Position numbers and translations under genes: made by a program. Below, piece after piece: positions 26,531 to 37,823 of a stretch of 64,000 nucleotides of DNA. The first letter of the stretch is position 1. The number at the start of each line of letters is the position of its first letter. Source of the stretch: Arcobacteraceae bacterium (GTDB lineage Bacteria; Campylobacterota; Campylobacteria; Campylobacterales; Arcobacteraceae); contig OY759974.1 of the NCBI GenBank assembly GCA_963662945.1, forward strand, positions 352,001-416,000, given 5' to 3'. The notes under the pieces were generated by a model. That model did no database searches. It was not told where the DNA came from and was given only the letters and a program-made list of their open reading frames with translations.

Positions 26531-27292
26531 TTATTTTAGTTGAAAAAAGCTACTTCCACTTCCACTAAAAAAGTTTTTCCCATTTTCATAGATTTTTAGT
26601 TCTGGATAGACGCTTAATGCTGGTGCATATAAATCATTTGCTTCTTCTATAGATAAAGTTTCTAAAATATCTTTGCTTTTCATTGAAAGTAATTTTTGAG
26701 CCTCTTCTTTAGAAATCTCTTTATAAAACTTATCTCGAAATTTTGTAAAGATAGCACCTGTATTACACTCTATTTTAGGAGTAAAAGTTTGTATCTCCAA
26801 AACCTCTTCATCAAACTTTTCTACAATCTCTCCAATCCCTGTTACATTTGCACTATCATACTCATAGATGAAAAAAGGAACATCCGCACCAATCTTTGCT
26901 CCAATCTTAGCTAACTCATCACGACTAAGTTTCAAATCTGCCAGTATATTTACCATCAACATAAAAGTAGCACAGTTACTACTTCCACCACCTAGTCCTG
27001 CAAATTCTGGAATATTCTTCTCTACAACTACTTTATAGTTCTTGAATATTTCTTCTAAATTCTTAAACATACTGTATAGTTCTAAGTATGCTTTATAAAT
27101 AGTGTTTTTTTGGGTTTCACAACCAAAATCACCCTCTAAAGTAAACTCTTCAAACTCACCTTGTTCAAATCTTATTACATCATAAAGAGTATGTACTCGA
27201 ACAAATCGTGATACTATTTCGTGATAATTGTCTCGTTTACCAGCTATTTTTAAAAAGATATTTACTTTAGCATAAGATTTTTTTTCTATCAT
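26531..27292 (-). CDS. ispE: 4-diphosphocytidyl-2-C-methyl-D-erythritol kinase
   Basis: AKVNIFLKI, KNIPEFAGLGGGSSN, GADVPFF, SGSGSS. Confidence 0.93.
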   Translation of the reverse strand: MIEKKSYAKVNIFLKIAGKRDNYHEIVSRFVRVHTLYDVIRFEQGEFEEFTLEGDFGCETQKNTIYKAYLELYSMFKNLEEIFKNYKVVVEKNIPEFAGLGGGSSNCATFMLMVNILADLKLSRDELAKIGAKIGADVPFFIYEYDSANVTGIGEIVEKFDEEVLEIQTFTPKIECNTGAIFTKFRDKFYKEISKEEAQKLLSMKSKDILETLSIEEANDLYAPALSVYPELKIYENGKNFFSGSGSSFFQLK

Positions 27293-28110
27293 AAAAGCAC
27301 CTTATTTAAGATATATTTTGGTTCTAAATCTCGTATCTCTACTACTGCAAAAAAAGTATCAAATATTATTAAATATTCTCCATCTTCTTTCGTTTCAAAA
27401 TACTCAATACTAAGTTTTTTACCCAAATCAAACCACTCTTTTGTCCCTGTATAATTATTCAAAGGCAAGTCTAAATACTCTAAAGGATTTAAAGCTTTTT
27501 CATCATCAAAATAAAACTCTCCCTCATGAAGTCTTTCAAGATAAGATAATGTTCCAACTTCCCCTAATCTTTCAAGTAATATCTGAGCCATACTTCGTAT
27601 ATAACTCCCTTCACTTACAGTTATATCAAATGTTATAAAAGGATGACAGTAGTTTATAAACTTCACACCATATACTTCTGATGTGATTTTTTTCATATCA
27701 AACTCGACACCTTCACGAGCAAGACTATACGCTCTTTGCCCAGCTATCTTTTTTGCACTATATTTTGGTGGCAAGTATTCTAAAGTACCTTTTAAACTCT
27801 CTAATTTTTCTATAATTGTATCGTGAGTAAAGACCTTTGGATTTGGATTTGTAACTTCAACATTTTCTATATCTAAAGAGTTACTTTGAGCTCCAAGAAA
27901 AATAGTAGCACGATAAGATTTAGGTGTTTTTTTCAAATATCTGAAAAGCTTAGAGTATTGCCCAAAAGCAACTATCAAACATCCACAAGCAAAAGGATCT
28001 AAAGTTCCACTAAAGCCAGCTTTTTTTGTTTTATATTTTCGTTTTATTCTATTGAGATAAAAATTTGAACTAATAAATACAGGCTTTTTTACTACAAAAA
28101 GTCTATTCAA
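27289..28110 (-). CDS. truB: tRNA pseudouridine(55) synthase
   Basis: KAGFSGTLDPFACG, PPKYSAKK, SEGSYIRS. Confidence 0.93.
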   Translation of the reverse strand: MNRLFVVKKPVFISSNFYLNRIKRKYKTKKAGFSGTLDPFACGCLIVAFGQYSKLFRYLKKTPKSYRATIFLGAQSNSLDIENVEVTNPNPKVFTHDTIIEKLESLKGTLEYLPPKYSAKKIAGQRAYSLAREGVEFDMKKITSEVYGVKFINYCHPFITFDITVSEGSYIRSMAQILLERLGEVGTLSYLERLHEGEFYFDDEKALNPLEYLDLPLNNYTGTKEWFDLGKKLSIEYFETKEDGEYLIIFDTFFAVVEIRDLEPKYILNKVLL

Positions 28111-30147
28111 CTATATCTTCTCCACAAAGGATGATAATATATCTCGTCTGTTTCCACCAAAATTAATCTTCAGTTTCAAATCTTTTCCAGCTTTTTGAAC
28201 ACTTTCAACTCTACCCATCCCAAAAATTTTGTGTTTAACTAAATCATCTTTTTTATATGCACTATTTTTCTCAATTGTAAGACTACCTTTGATGAGATCT
28301 GATTCTGTAAGAAATCTACTTTTTGTCAGCTGTGTTCTTCTTCCCTTATAAAATCTGCTATGAACAAAACTCATAGTTAAATTATCTTTTGCACGAGTAA
28401 TAGCAACATATCCAAGTCGCCTTTCCTCTTCAATATCACTTCCATCTCCAACAATTGGAAAGAATCCCTCTTCCATACCAACAATAAAAAGATGTTTGAA
28501 CTCTAATCCCTTACTTGCATGTATACTCATTAACGAGATATACTCCTCATTGATAGTATCAGCTGCACTTTCGAGTGAAATTTCATTTAAAAAGTCTTCT
28601 AAATTTAAGTCCATATTTTGAATAAAAAAGTCTCGTAAATATCCATAGAACTCATCTATATTTGCAAGTCTATCATCTGCATCTATAACTTTTGCATAGG
28701 TTGATTTAAAATCAAAAGTATCTTCAAAAAGATCGATAAATCTCATCTTTGCTTCAGCTAAAGTATCTTGTAAGTCTTCAACAGAAGCCATAAATACTTT
28801 GAGAGTTCTACTGTTTTTCTTTCCTACAATTGCACCTAATTCATCAGGTGTATATTCTTTAATAATACTAAACATTGATTTAGCTTTACTATGTGATTCT
28901 AATTCAAGTTTATCAATGGTTGTTTTCCCTATACCACGCTTAGGTTTATTGATAATTCGTTTTATGGAAAAGTTGTCATTAGAGTTTGTGATAATTCTAA
29001 AATAAGCAATAAGATCTTTTATCTCTGCTCTTTCATAGAACTTCACTCCACCTACAAGTTTATAGTTAATATTTGAACGAATTAATCCCTCTTCCAAAGC
29101 TCTACTGAGTGCATTTACACGAAATAATACAGCTATATCTTTTGGAGATTCTCCACTTTCAATAAGTTTTTTTATATCATCTACTATTTTTCTAGTTTCA
29201 TCATTTTCATCATTTGATTCATAAATTCGTATAGAACTACCTTCACCTCTTGTTCCTACAAGTTTTTTACCAAGTCTATCTCGGTTATGTTCAATTAAGG
29301 CATTTGCATGAAAAAGTATTTTATTTGTTGAACGATAGTTTTCTTCTAGTTTGATTACAACTGTATCATTAAAAGTATCACTAAATGTAAGGATATTTTT
29401 AATTGTTGCACCTCTCCATCCATAAATTGATTGGTCATCATCTCCTACAACACAAATATTGTTATGTTCACTACAGAGTTTTTTTAAGAGTTTATATTGA
29501 AGTTCATTTGTATCTTGATACTCATCAACCATAATATATCTATATCGTTCACTTGTTTCTTTTGCTAATTGAGGGTTTTTTTGAAGTATTTTGTATGTTA
29601 AAAGTAATAAATCATCAAAATCCACAAGATTATTTTGCTCAAGATAGTTTTCATATTTTTCATATACATCTGCAATTTGTTTATAATTTCTATCTTGTGC
29701 TGCAGCTTTTGCCTCATCAACACTTACCACTGAGTTTTTAAACTTTGATATTTCTGCTGCTAAAACTGCTGTGGTTGTTTCTTTATCTATTGTTTTAAGT
29801 ATTCGTTTTTTATCATCACTATCTATAATCACAAAATTGTTTTTTCTATTTAATTGTGTAATATTAAACTTTAAAAACAATAATCCAAATTTATGGAAAG
29901 TACAAAGTAACGGGGGATAAGAAACATTATCAATAAGTGAAAATGCTCTCTCTCGCATTTCTGTTGCTGCTTTGTTGGTAAAAGTAAGTGTAAGAATTGA
30001 AGCTGGGTCTATACCTATAGAGATAAGGTAAGCAAGTCTTGTGGTGATGGTTTTTGTCTTACCACTACCAGCTCCTGCTAGTATAAGTAAAGGACCATCT
30101 ATATGCTGGGCCGCAATCTTCTGCGATTCATTTAACGTCGATAACAT
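28111..30147 (-). CDS. uvrD: UvrD/PcrA-family DNA helicase
   Basis: AGAGSGKT, TFTNKAA, VDEYQDTN, GDDDQSIYGWRGA, EENYRS, SIHASKGLEF, EERRLGYVAITRA. Confidence 0.95.
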   Translation of the reverse strand: MLSTLNESQKIAAQHIDGPLLILAGAGSGKTKTITTRLAYLISIGIDPASILTLTFTNKAATEMRERAFSLIDNVSYPPLLCTFHKFGLLFLKFNITQLNRKNNFVIIDSDDKKRILKTIDKETTTAVLAAEISKFKNSVVSVDEAKAAAQDRNYKQIADVYEKYENYLEQNNLVDFDDLLLLTYKILQKNPQLAKETSERYRYIMVDEYQDTNELQYKLLKKLCSEHNNICVVGDDDQSIYGWRGATIKNILTFSDTFNDTVVIKLEENYRSTNKILFHANALIEHNRDRLGKKLVGTRGEGSSIRIYESNDENDETRKIVDDIKKLIESGESPKDIAVLFRVNALSRALEEGLIRSNINYKLVGGVKFYERAEIKDLIAYFRIITNSNDNFSIKRIINKPKRGIGKTTIDKLELESHSKAKSMFSIIKEYTPDELGAIVGKKNSRTLKVFMASVEDLQDTLAEAKMRFIDLFEDTFDFKSTYAKVIDADDRLANIDEFYGYLRDFFIQNMDLNLEDFLNEISLESAADTINEEYISLMSIHASKGLEFKHLFIVGMEEGFFPIVGDGSDIEEERRLGYVAITRAKDNLTMSFVHSRFYKGRRTQLTKSRFLTESDLIKGSLTIEKNSAYKKDDLVKHKIFGMGRVESVQKAGKDLKLKINFGGNRRDILSSFVEKI

Positions 30148-30311
30148 AATACTTCTTTCATCTAATATACTATAATTATATCATAAAAAGATAAAAACCA
30201 TCTCCATACAAACTATTTTATATATTTTATATTAGTTTTAGTAATAATTAATTTTTATTTATATTATTTTATGTTATCATTGTTATTATAAAAACTTAAA
30301 AGGTATATTTT

Positions 30312-31211
30312 ATGTTATCTGATTTTACGAAATTAAATACATTTTTAACTGTAGTTAAAGAGAAGTCATTCTCAAAAGCTTCAGCAAAACTTGGTATTTC
30401 ACAGCCGGCTGTTACTCAGCAAATGAGGTTTCTTGAAAATTATTTGGATGCACCAATTGTTGATAGAAAGAAAAATGGAATAAGACTTACTAAAGAAGGT
30501 GAGAAGCTTTACCAAATAGCACAAAAGATAGAAAAAGTAATTATCAATAGTGAAAAAGAACTCTTAAAAATAATCAATAAAGATATTACATTTGTTTTCG
30601 GTGCATCTAATGCTATAGGGAACTATATCCTTCCAACATTTTTAAATGAAATTAAACAAAAAATTAATAATGATGTAAGTGTAACAGTTTCAAATAGTGC
30701 TGAAGCAATTGAAAAATTGAAAGATAAAAAGATTGATATGGCACTAATAGAGTCACCTATTTTTGAAGATGGTATTATCTATAGAGAGTGGCTAGAAGAT
30801 GAGATCGTAATATTTTCAAATCAAAAGCTTCCAAGAAGAGTAAAAAATGAAGATTTACAATCATATAAATGGGTATGTAGAGATCCAAACTCACATACAA
30901 GAGGAGTATTTAAAGAGGCTTTAGAACAATCTGGTTTCCAAGATTGTGATACTTTTAAAATTGTAAGTGAAGCTTCATCACCTACAGCTATAGTACAAAC
31001 TGTACTACATAGTTCAAAAGATGATACACCAACGACATCTATAGTATCTACACATGCTATTTCTGATTTTGTAAAAAATGAGATTTTATTTGAAGCAAGA
31101 TTACCAGATATCAAAATGAAAAGAAAGCTTTATATTGCATATCTAAAAGAGAGAAAACACGATGCATTTGTTGATACTGTTATCAACTATCTTATGACTA
31201 TAAAAAAATAA
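30312..31211 (+). CDS. LysR-family transcriptional regulator (CysL-like)
   Basis: SFSKASAKLGISQPAVTQQM helix-turn-helix; GASNAIGNYILP. Confidence 0.9.
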   Translation: MLSDFTKLNTFLTVVKEKSFSKASAKLGISQPAVTQQMRFLENYLDAPIVDRKKNGIRLTKEGEKLYQIAQKIEKVIINSEKELLKIINKDITFVFGASNAIGNYILPTFLNEIKQKINNDVSVTVSNSAEAIEKLKDKKIDMALIESPIFEDGIIYREWLEDEIVIFSNQKLPRRVKNEDLQSYKWVCRDPNSHTRGVFKEALEQSGFQDCDTFKIVSEASSPTAIVQTVLHSSKDDTPTTSIVSTHAISDFVKNEILFEARLPDIKMKRKLYIAYLKERKHDAFVDTVINYLMTIKK

Positions 31212-31230
31212 TTTATAGAAACTGGCAAAG

Positions 31231-31265
31231 AAAAAGGGGAAGCTTAAATAAGCTTCCCCTTTTTT
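31231..31265. terminator. Bidirectional intrinsic terminator between lysR and rny
   Basis: AAAAAGGGGAAGCTT-AAAT-AAGCTTCCCCTTTTT between convergent genes. Confidence 0.9.
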
Positions 31266-31266
31266 A

Positions 31267-32790
31267 TTACCGTGCGTATCCAACAGAACGAATTTCACGA
31301 ATGACATTAACTTTTATTTCCCCAGGATATTGTACTTTCTCCTCTATCTCTTGTGCAATTTCTGTTGCTAAGAGTACAGATTCATCATCATTTACTAAAG
31401 TAGCATTTACTATAACTCTTAGCTCTCTACCTGCATTTATAGCATAAGTTTTAATAACACCCTCTTTACTATTTGCAATTGCTTCTATCTCTTCAACCCG
31501 TTTTAAAAAGCTTTCTAATACTTCTCTTCTAGCACCTGGTCTTGCAGCACTTAAAGCATCTGCAGCACATACAGCAGCTGCTTCTATACTAGATGCTTCT
31601 TCATGACCATGGTGCGCATAAATAGCATTAATAACCTCTTCTGGTTCACCTAATTTTTTACATAAATCAGCACCAATATCTACATGACTACCTGGCATAT
31701 CATGGGTTAATGCTTTTCCAATATCATGTAATAATCCAGCCCGTCTTGCAAGGATTGTATCTCCTCCAAGCTGAGAAGCAATAAGTCCAGCTAAATTTGC
31801 TACTTCAAGAGTATGAGCTAGTGCATTTTGTCCATAACTTGCTCTGTATCGTAAACGCCCTATAAGATGTATGAGATCTTTATGCATATTTGTGATACCT
31901 AAAGCTAAAACAGTATCTTCACCCTCTTTTGTTATATTACTATCAAATTCATTTTTAACACTGTTGTAAACTTCTTCAATTCTAGCAGGATGGATTCTTC
32001 CATCTCGCAATAACTCTTCAATAGTTCGTGTTGAGATTGCTCTTCTATAAAGATTAAAACTACTTACAGTTATAGTATTTGGAATATCACCTATAATAAT
32101 ATCAACACCTAAACAAAACTCTAAAGCTTTAATGTTTCGTCCCTCTTTACCTATAATTTTACCCTTAGCTTCCTCATCGGGAAGTGGAATATTATTGATA
32201 AGTCGTTCTGCTGCAAATTCTCCTGCATATCTAGTAACTGCATGGGAAAGCATATTGTTTATCTCTTTTACAGACTCATCTTTAGCTAGTTTATACTCTT
32301 TTCTAAACATAGAAGCAATTGTTGCTCTATTTTCTTCTTGAACTTGCTCTAGCATAAGAGTTGTTGCCTCTTTTTGTGTCAGTCCACTTGCATTTTCAAG
32401 TATTTTTGTTACTTTTTTTACTTTTTCTTCATAAACTTTTTTCAGATTTTCCAAACCAGTTTGTAATGCTTGAACTTCTGATTTTTTATTATGGGCAATA
32501 TCTCTGTCTTTTTTAATCTTTAAAAGTTCTGTTTCCACTAAACTTTCTAATTCTATCTCTTTATTATCTAACTCTCTTTTCTTTTTATTAAACTCTCTAT
32601 CAAAATCTTGTTTAGCTCTATGTTTTGCTTCTTTTAATAAAGATTGTGCTTCATGTTCAATAACTTTTGCTTTCGCTTTTGCCTTTTCTGTATATATCTC
32701 AAATTTTGCATTATTTAATTTATTTGCTATAAAAAAACTGATAATTGATGCAAATATTGCTACAACAGAAACTATAATAATAATTTCCAT
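31267..32790 (-). CDS. rny: Ribonuclease Y
   Basis: N-terminal TM, coiled coil, KH domain (GKIIGKEGRNI), HD domain (AGLLHDIGK), SAARPGARRE. Confidence 0.95.
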   Translation of the reverse strand: MEIIIIVSVVAIFASIISFFIANKLNNAKFEIYTEKAKAKAKVIEHEAQSLLKEAKHRAKQDFDREFNKKKRELDNKEIELESLVETELLKIKKDRDIAHNKKSEVQALQTGLENLKKVYEEKVKKVTKILENASGLTQKEATTLMLEQVQEENRATIASMFRKEYKLAKDESVKEINNMLSHAVTRYAGEFAAERLINNIPLPDEEAKGKIIGKEGRNIKALEFCLGVDIIIGDIPNTITVSSFNLYRRAISTRTIEELLRDGRIHPARIEEVYNSVKNEFDSNITKEGEDTVLALGITNMHKDLIHLIGRLRYRASYGQNALAHTLEVANLAGLIASQLGGDTILARRAGLLHDIGKALTHDMPGSHVDIGADLCKKLGEPEEVINAIYAHHGHEEASSIEAAAVCAADALSAARPGARREVLESFLKRVEEIEAIANSKEGVIKTYAINAGRELRVIVNATLVNDDESVLLATEIAQEIEEKVQYPGEIKVNVIREIRSVGYAR

Positions 32791-32800
32791 TTTAAAACCT

Positions 32801-33346
32801 TTATGTTGTAATTATAAAATTTGGCTTTATATCATGTTCGGAAGTTACTATCGTCTTAGATTTACAAAGTTTTAGTTGGGTAAAAATAGTTATAGGTTTT
32901 ATTTTTAATTTTTCATAAAACCTATCATACATTCCTGCCCCAAATCCAATTCTCCTATATGTTTCATCTATTCCAACAATTGGTACAATTACCATATCAA
33001 GCTTAATATTGCCATTACGAAATTTCGAAATATTTGGTTGTTTTATACCAAATCTTGCTTTTTTTAATGGTAATCTATACTTTACTGGAACAAATGATTC
33101 TCCTTTCATATATGGAACATAAACTTCTATATTTTTTCGTTTTCTCAAAATCTCTATCAATGGCTGCACATCTACTTCCATCGATAATGGTATATACAAT
33201 AATATAGTTTTAGGATTATAAAAATTTATAATATTTAAAATACTAAAACAAATATTTTTACTTTTTTTTCTTCTTGCATTTTTACTAAAAAATTGTAATC
33301 TATTTAAACAATACTTCCTAAAGTCCTCTTTAGTACTTTTTGACAT
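32801..33346 (-). CDS. 5-formyltetrahydrofolate cyclo-ligase
   Basis: FGIKQP, DMVIVPIVGID, RIGFGAGMYDRF. Confidence 0.9.
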   Translation of the reverse strand: MSKSTKEDFRKYCLNRLQFFSKNARRKKSKNICFSILNIINFYNPKTILLYIPLSMEVDVQPLIEILRKRKNIEVYVPYMKGESFVPVKYRLPLKKARFGIKQPNISKFRNGNIKLDMVIVPIVGIDETYRRIGFGAGMYDRFYEKLKIKPITIFTQLKLCKSKTIVTSEHDIKPNFIITT

Positions 33347-33389
33347 CTCTAAGCCTTTTTAGGATAAAATCCAATTTATATTTTAACCT

Positions 33390-33983
33390 ATGGAGACAAA
33401 AATGAAGATTAAAAAAATCACAATATTAACTATTTTAACATTAGCACTTTTTACAGGTTGTGGTGACAAAGAAAAAATTGATGATAGTGTCGTTGCAAAT
33501 GATAAAGCACAAGAACAATCTATGGTATTTAATTTAAAAACTTCTGATGGTAAAGATTTAAAAGTTATTGCAAAAAAAGAGGGATGGGTTTTTACAGGAT
33601 ATGAGAATAAAGTTGTATTATTAAACTTTTTTGGAACTTGGTGTCCCCCTTGTAAAGCTGAAATACCACATCTATTAAATATTAGAAAACAACTCAAAGA
33701 CAATTTTGAAATTATCGCTATTGATGTTGGAAAACGTGGTGGAGGTTTAAATACTCAAGAAGAGTTAAATAGTTTTATCAAAGAATTTGAAGTAACTTAT
33801 CCAATAGTAACTGGTGCAGACAATGGAAAACTATTTGGGGCCGTAAGTGACTTAAATCCAAGTGGTTCTATCCCATTTATGATTCTTTTTAATAAAAAAG
33901 GGCAATTTATGAAACCATATATTGGTATGAAACCAGAAGAGATGCTTTTTAGTGATATAAGTCAAACTATTGAGATGAAATAA
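33390..33983 (+). CDS. TlpA-family thiol-disulfide oxidoreductase lipoprotein
   Basis: Lipobox FTGC; LLNFFGTWCPPCKAEIP. Confidence 0.9.
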   Translation: METKMKIKKITILTILTLALFTGCGDKEKIDDSVVANDKAQEQSMVFNLKTSDGKDLKVIAKKEGWVFTGYENKVVLLNFFGTWCPPCKAEIPHLLNIRKQLKDNFEIIAIDVGKRGGGLNTQEELNSFIKEFEVTYPIVTGADNGKLFGAVSDLNPSGSIPFMILFNKKGQFMKPYIGMKPEEMLFSDISQTIEMK

Positions 33984-33984
33984 T

Positions 33985-34923
33985 ATGTTCGGAATTTTTC
34001 GAAAAAAAGAAAAAGAAACTCTCCAACAAGAAACACAAGAGGAGACAATAGAAAAGAAAAATTTTCTTGCTCGTGCTTTAAATAAAACTGTTTCAAATAT
34101 CAAATCAATTGTCCCTCAAAAACAAGAAAAAATTGCTTTTGATACTATTGAAGAGATTCTAATTGAAGCTGATATGGAATATGAAATCATAGAAAAAGCG
34201 ATGGATGGTCTTCCGGATATGATTACAAGAGATCAGTTAAGACACAGACTTGTAATGCTTTTTGAACATGCTCCAATTATTGACCAAGAAAATATACCAA
34301 AACCTTTTGTTGAACTTATCATCGGTGTAAATGGTGCAGGGAAAACAACAACTATAGCAAAACTGGCAAATATGTACAAAAAAAATGGCGAAAGTGTTAT
34401 TCTTGGAGCTGGAGATACTTTTCGAGCTGCTGCAATTGAACAACTTTCAACTTGGGCAAATAAACTTGATGTTCCAATTATAAAAACAAAACATGGACAT
34501 GATCCAAGTGCCGTTGCCTATGATACAATACATTCTGCAATTTCGAAAAATATTAACCATGCTATTATTGATACAGCAGGAAGATTACAAACACAAACAA
34601 ATCTTGCAAATGAGTTAAAGAAAATTGTAAAAACCTGTAATAAAGCATACGAAGGTGCACCACATCAAAAAATAATGATACTTGATGGAACACAAGGTAA
34701 TACAGCTATTGCACAAGCCAAAGCATTTAATGAAATGGTTGGAATTGATGGAATCATAGTTACAAAACTAGATGGTACAGCAAAAGGTGGAGCTTTATTT
34801 TCTATATCAAATCAACTGGAACTTCCTATTTTTTACATAGGTATTGGTGAAAAAGCAGATGATTTAATGGAATTTAGTCCTGATAATTTTGTTGATAGTT
34901 TATTAGATGAGATTTATAACTAA
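33985..34923 (+). CDS. ftsY: SRP receptor FtsY
   Basis: GVNGAGKTTT, DTFRAAAIEQL, DTAGRLQ, TKLDGTAKGG. Confidence 0.95.
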   Translation: MFGIFRKKEKETLQQETQEETIEKKNFLARALNKTVSNIKSIVPQKQEKIAFDTIEEILIEADMEYEIIEKAMDGLPDMITRDQLRHRLVMLFEHAPIIDQENIPKPFVELIIGVNGAGKTTTIAKLANMYKKNGESVILGAGDTFRAAAIEQLSTWANKLDVPIIKTKHGHDPSAVAYDTIHSAISKNINHAIIDTAGRLQTQTNLANELKKIVKTCNKAYEGAPHQKIMILDGTQGNTAIAQAKAFNEMVGIDGIIVTKLDGTAKGGALFSISNQLELPIFYIGIGEKADDLMEFSPDNFVDSLLDEIYN

Positions 34924-35099
34924 TGTCAAAAAATAAACTAGAACCTTGCAGAAACTGTAAAAGTGAAATTGAGCTAAAAAGTAGAAGATGTCCTTACTGT
35001 GGAATTTTAAATCCCACAGTAAAAGTACCTGAGATACTCATAACTATTTTTGCTATTCTAATAATTATGGGTTTTGTGAGTTATTTTATTAATAATTAA
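34923..35099 (+). CDS. Unannotated 58-aa zinc-ribbon membrane protein
   Basis: Below the ORF-track cutoff. TAATG overlap with ftsY; MSKNKLEPCRNCKSEIELKSRRCPYCGILNPTVKVPEILITIFAILIIMGFVSYFINN (CxxC-x10-CPxC plus C-terminal TM). Confidence 0.75.
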   Translation: MSKNKLEPCRNCKSEIELKSRRCPYCGILNPTVKVPEILITIFAILIIMGFVSYFINN

Positions 35100-35685
35100 C
35101 AAACATCTTAGCAGTCATACCATTCTCTGTCATTTCAACTTTTAAATCGCTTCCTACTGAATCTCTTCCTTCACTAAGCATACCTTGAATTGTTTGTAAA
35201 ACATGCCAATATTTTTCATAAAAAGGTGTATCAATTTCTTTAATTCTTTCTCTTTTTATTACTGTAGAAATATCTTTAACACAATGAAGATAATAAATCT
35301 TATTTACTGCTCTTTGTATTCTATATTGTTGCATTATATTTAAATTATTTATCCAAATATCTTTTTCTATCTCTTTTAAATCTGTTCTTTGTTTTACTTG
35401 TTCAATCTCTTCTTGTAAATGTTCTTCATATTTTATCTCTTCTTGCATTACTGCTTCTTTGAGATGTGGTTCATACTCATGCATAATATTCAATAATTCA
35501 TCATCGCTAAATCTTTTTGTATTTGTATCATAACTGTATGATTTTTTTTCTTCATAATCTTTATCAATAGCTTTCAATATTTGTACAGCAATAATTAAAT
35601 AAACATATTTATCTTCTTTTCCATCTTTAAACTGAATTCCATGATGAGATATTTCAGGTCTTGGTCCAGCATATTTTATAGTCAT
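35089..35685 (-). CDS. Hypothetical protein (198 aa)
   Basis: Strong SD (AAGGAG), soluble composition; no family recognised. Confidence 0.75.
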   Translation of the reverse strand: MTIKYAGPRPEISHHGIQFKDGKEDKYVYLIIAVQILKAIDKDYEEKKSYSYDTNTKRFSDDELLNIMHEYEPHLKEAVMQEEIKYEEHLQEEIEQVKQRTDLKEIEKDIWINNLNIMQQYRIQRAVNKIYYLHCVKDISTVIKRERIKEIDTPFYEKYWHVLQTIQGMLSEGRDSVGSDLKVEMTENGMTAKMFVNY

Positions 35686-35728
35686 AACAAACTCCTTTTA
35701 TATACTTAAATTATATATCATATTAAAT

Positions 35729-35759
35729 AAAAAAAGGGATTATTTCTAATCCCTTTTTT
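35729..35759 (-). terminator. Intrinsic terminator downstream of acs
   Basis: AAAAAAGGGATTA-TTTC-TAATCCCTTTTTT. Confidence 0.85.
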
Positions 35760-35796
35760 GTTATTGTAATATATTTGTAACTAATTATAAAAAATT

Positions 35797-37758
35797 TTAT
35801 CTATTTACAATCTCTTCTATTTTTCCAACTATACTTGGGTCTTCTAATGTTGAAGTGTCTTGTGTGATTGCTTCACCTTTTACGATACTTCGTAAAATTC
35901 TTCTCATAATTTTACCACTTCTAGTTTTTGGAAGATCAGGAACAAATGCCATATCATCACATAATGCAATCGCACCAATTTCATTTTTAATGATATTGTT
36001 TATCTCTTTCATTAATTCAAACTCATCTGCTGTTTGATCATTTTCATTTGATGGTACTGCTTTTAATACAACATAAGCGAAAATACCTTCACCTTTAATA
36101 TCATGAGGTTTTCCTACAACTGCAACTGCTGCTACATTATCATGTTTTTTGATAGCTGCTTCAACTTCTGCTGTACCCATTCTATGACCTGAAACATTGA
36201 TAACATCGTCAGTTCGTCCAGTAATTGTGATATAACCATCGTCACTCATCATTGCACCATCACCTGTAAAATAAACTGGTTTCCCATCTTTTTTACAATC
36301 ACCAAAATAAGATTTTACAAATCTATCACTATCATTCCAGATGTTTCTTATCATAGATGGCCAAGGTTTTGTTATACACATAAAACCTTTTTCCCCTATT
36401 TCTGTTGGTGTTCCATCTGCTTCAATAATATCAGCAATAATTCCAGGAAGTGGGAAAGTTGCACAAGCTGGTTTAATAGGTGTTGCAGCAGGAAGTGGAG
36501 AGATCATATGACCACCTGTTTCTGTTTGCCAATAAGTATCAACAATTGAACATTGGCTTCCACCTACTTCTTCATAGTACCATTTCCAAGCAGGTGGATC
36601 TATAGGCTCACCAACTGTTCCTAAAATTCTTAAACTACTTAAATCATATTTACTTGGCTCATCTGCACCTGTTTTATGTAAAAGTCTAATTGCTGTTGGT
36701 GCTGTATAGAATTGGTTGATTTTATACTCTTCTACCATTTTCCAACATCTTCCTGCATCTGGGAAAGTAGGAACACCTTCAAACATAACTGTAGTTGCAC
36801 CTGCTGCTAATGGTCCATATACAATATATGTATGACCTGTAATCCATCCAATATCTGCTGTACACCAGTAAGTATCATTGTCTTTTATATCAAATACCCA
36901 CTCCATTGTCATTTGCGCCCATAGAATATATCCTGCACTTGAGTGTTGTACCCCTTTTGGTTTTCCTGTTGAACCAGATGTATATAATAAAAATAATGGA
37001 TCTTCTGATTCCATTGGTTCAGCTTCACAAACTGAAGATTCTGATTTTACAAGTTCATTGTAAGAGTAATCTCTCCCTGCAACCCATTCAATATCTTCAC
37101 CATTTCGCTCAACTATACATACTTTTTTAACACATTCACAACCACTTTTTAAAGCCTCATCAACAACAGGCTTTAACATATAAGGTTTCCCTTTTCTAAA
37201 TGCACCATCAGCAGTAACAACAAGTTTAGCTTCAGCATCTATAATTCTATCTCTTAAAGCTTCAGCAGAAAATCCACCAAATACTATAGAATGAATCGCA
37301 CCAATTTTTGCACATGCTAGCATTGTAACAGCAGCTTCAGGAATCATAGGCATATATACTACAACTCTATCACCTTTTTTGATATCAAATTTGTTTTTAA
37401 ACATATTTGCAGTTTTATTTACTTCATACGCTAATTCTCTATATGTAAGTATTCTTTGGTCTCCATTGTCACCTTCAAAAATAATCGCCGCTTTATTTTT
37501 CTTTGTATTAAGGTGTCTATCAACACATTGGTGTGCAACATTCATTTGTCCACCTACAAACCATTTATAAAATGGTGCATTACTCTCATCTAATATCGTA
37601 TCATACTTTTTAAACCAGTCAATTTTTTCATCAGCAAATGAAGCCCAAGTACCCTCGTAATCAGCCTTAAACTTATCCATTAATTCATTATATTCACACA
37701 TATTTTTTATCAAAGGCTCATTGAACTTTGATTTAATTGGATTAAAAATATTTTCCAC
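35797..37758 (-). CDS. acs: Acetyl-CoA synthetase (AMP-forming)
   Basis: [39 protein letters not shown]. Confidence 0.96.
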   Translation of the reverse strand: MENIFNPIKSKFNEPLIKNMCEYNELMDKFKADYEGTWASFADEKIDWFKKYDTILDESNAPFYKWFVGGQMNVAHQCVDRHLNTKKNKAAIIFEGDNGDQRILTYRELAYEVNKTANMFKNKFDIKKGDRVVVYMPMIPEAAVTMLACAKIGAIHSIVFGGFSAEALRDRIIDAEAKLVVTADGAFRKGKPYMLKPVVDEALKSGCECVKKVCIVERNGEDIEWVAGRDYSYNELVKSESSVCEAEPMESEDPLFLLYTSGSTGKPKGVQHSSAGYILWAQMTMEWVFDIKDNDTYWCTADIGWITGHTYIVYGPLAAGATTVMFEGVPTFPDAGRCWKMVEEYKINQFYTAPTAIRLLHKTGADEPSKYDLSSLRILGTVGEPIDPPAWKWYYEEVGGSQCSIVDTYWQTETGGHMISPLPAATPIKPACATFPLPGIIADIIEADGTPTEIGEKGFMCITKPWPSMIRNIWNDSDRFVKSYFGDCKKDGKPVYFTGDGAMMSDDGYITITGRTDDVINVSGHRMGTAEVEAAIKKHDNVAAVAVVGKPHDIKGEGIFAYVVLKAVPSNENDQTADEFELMKEINNIIKNEIGAIALCDDMAFVPDLPKTRSGKIMRRILRSIVKGEAITQDTSTLEDPSIVGKIEEIVNR

Positions 37759-37788
37759 TGCAATCTCTCCTAAAATTTATATCGTTTT

Positions 37789-37823
37789 ATTATAAATTTA
37801 TTATATAGCATTTTAATAGCATT
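37789..37823 (-). promoter_or_regulatory. acs promoter with tandem AATGCTA boxes
   Basis: Minus strand reads AATGCTA-N4-AATGCTA-N11-TATAAT; same geometry as at 42489-42523. Confidence 0.65.

Noticed and set aside
32791-33389. 6S RNA next to the 5-formyl-THF cyclo-ligase gene
   Set aside because: The flanking gaps are only 10 and 43 nt.
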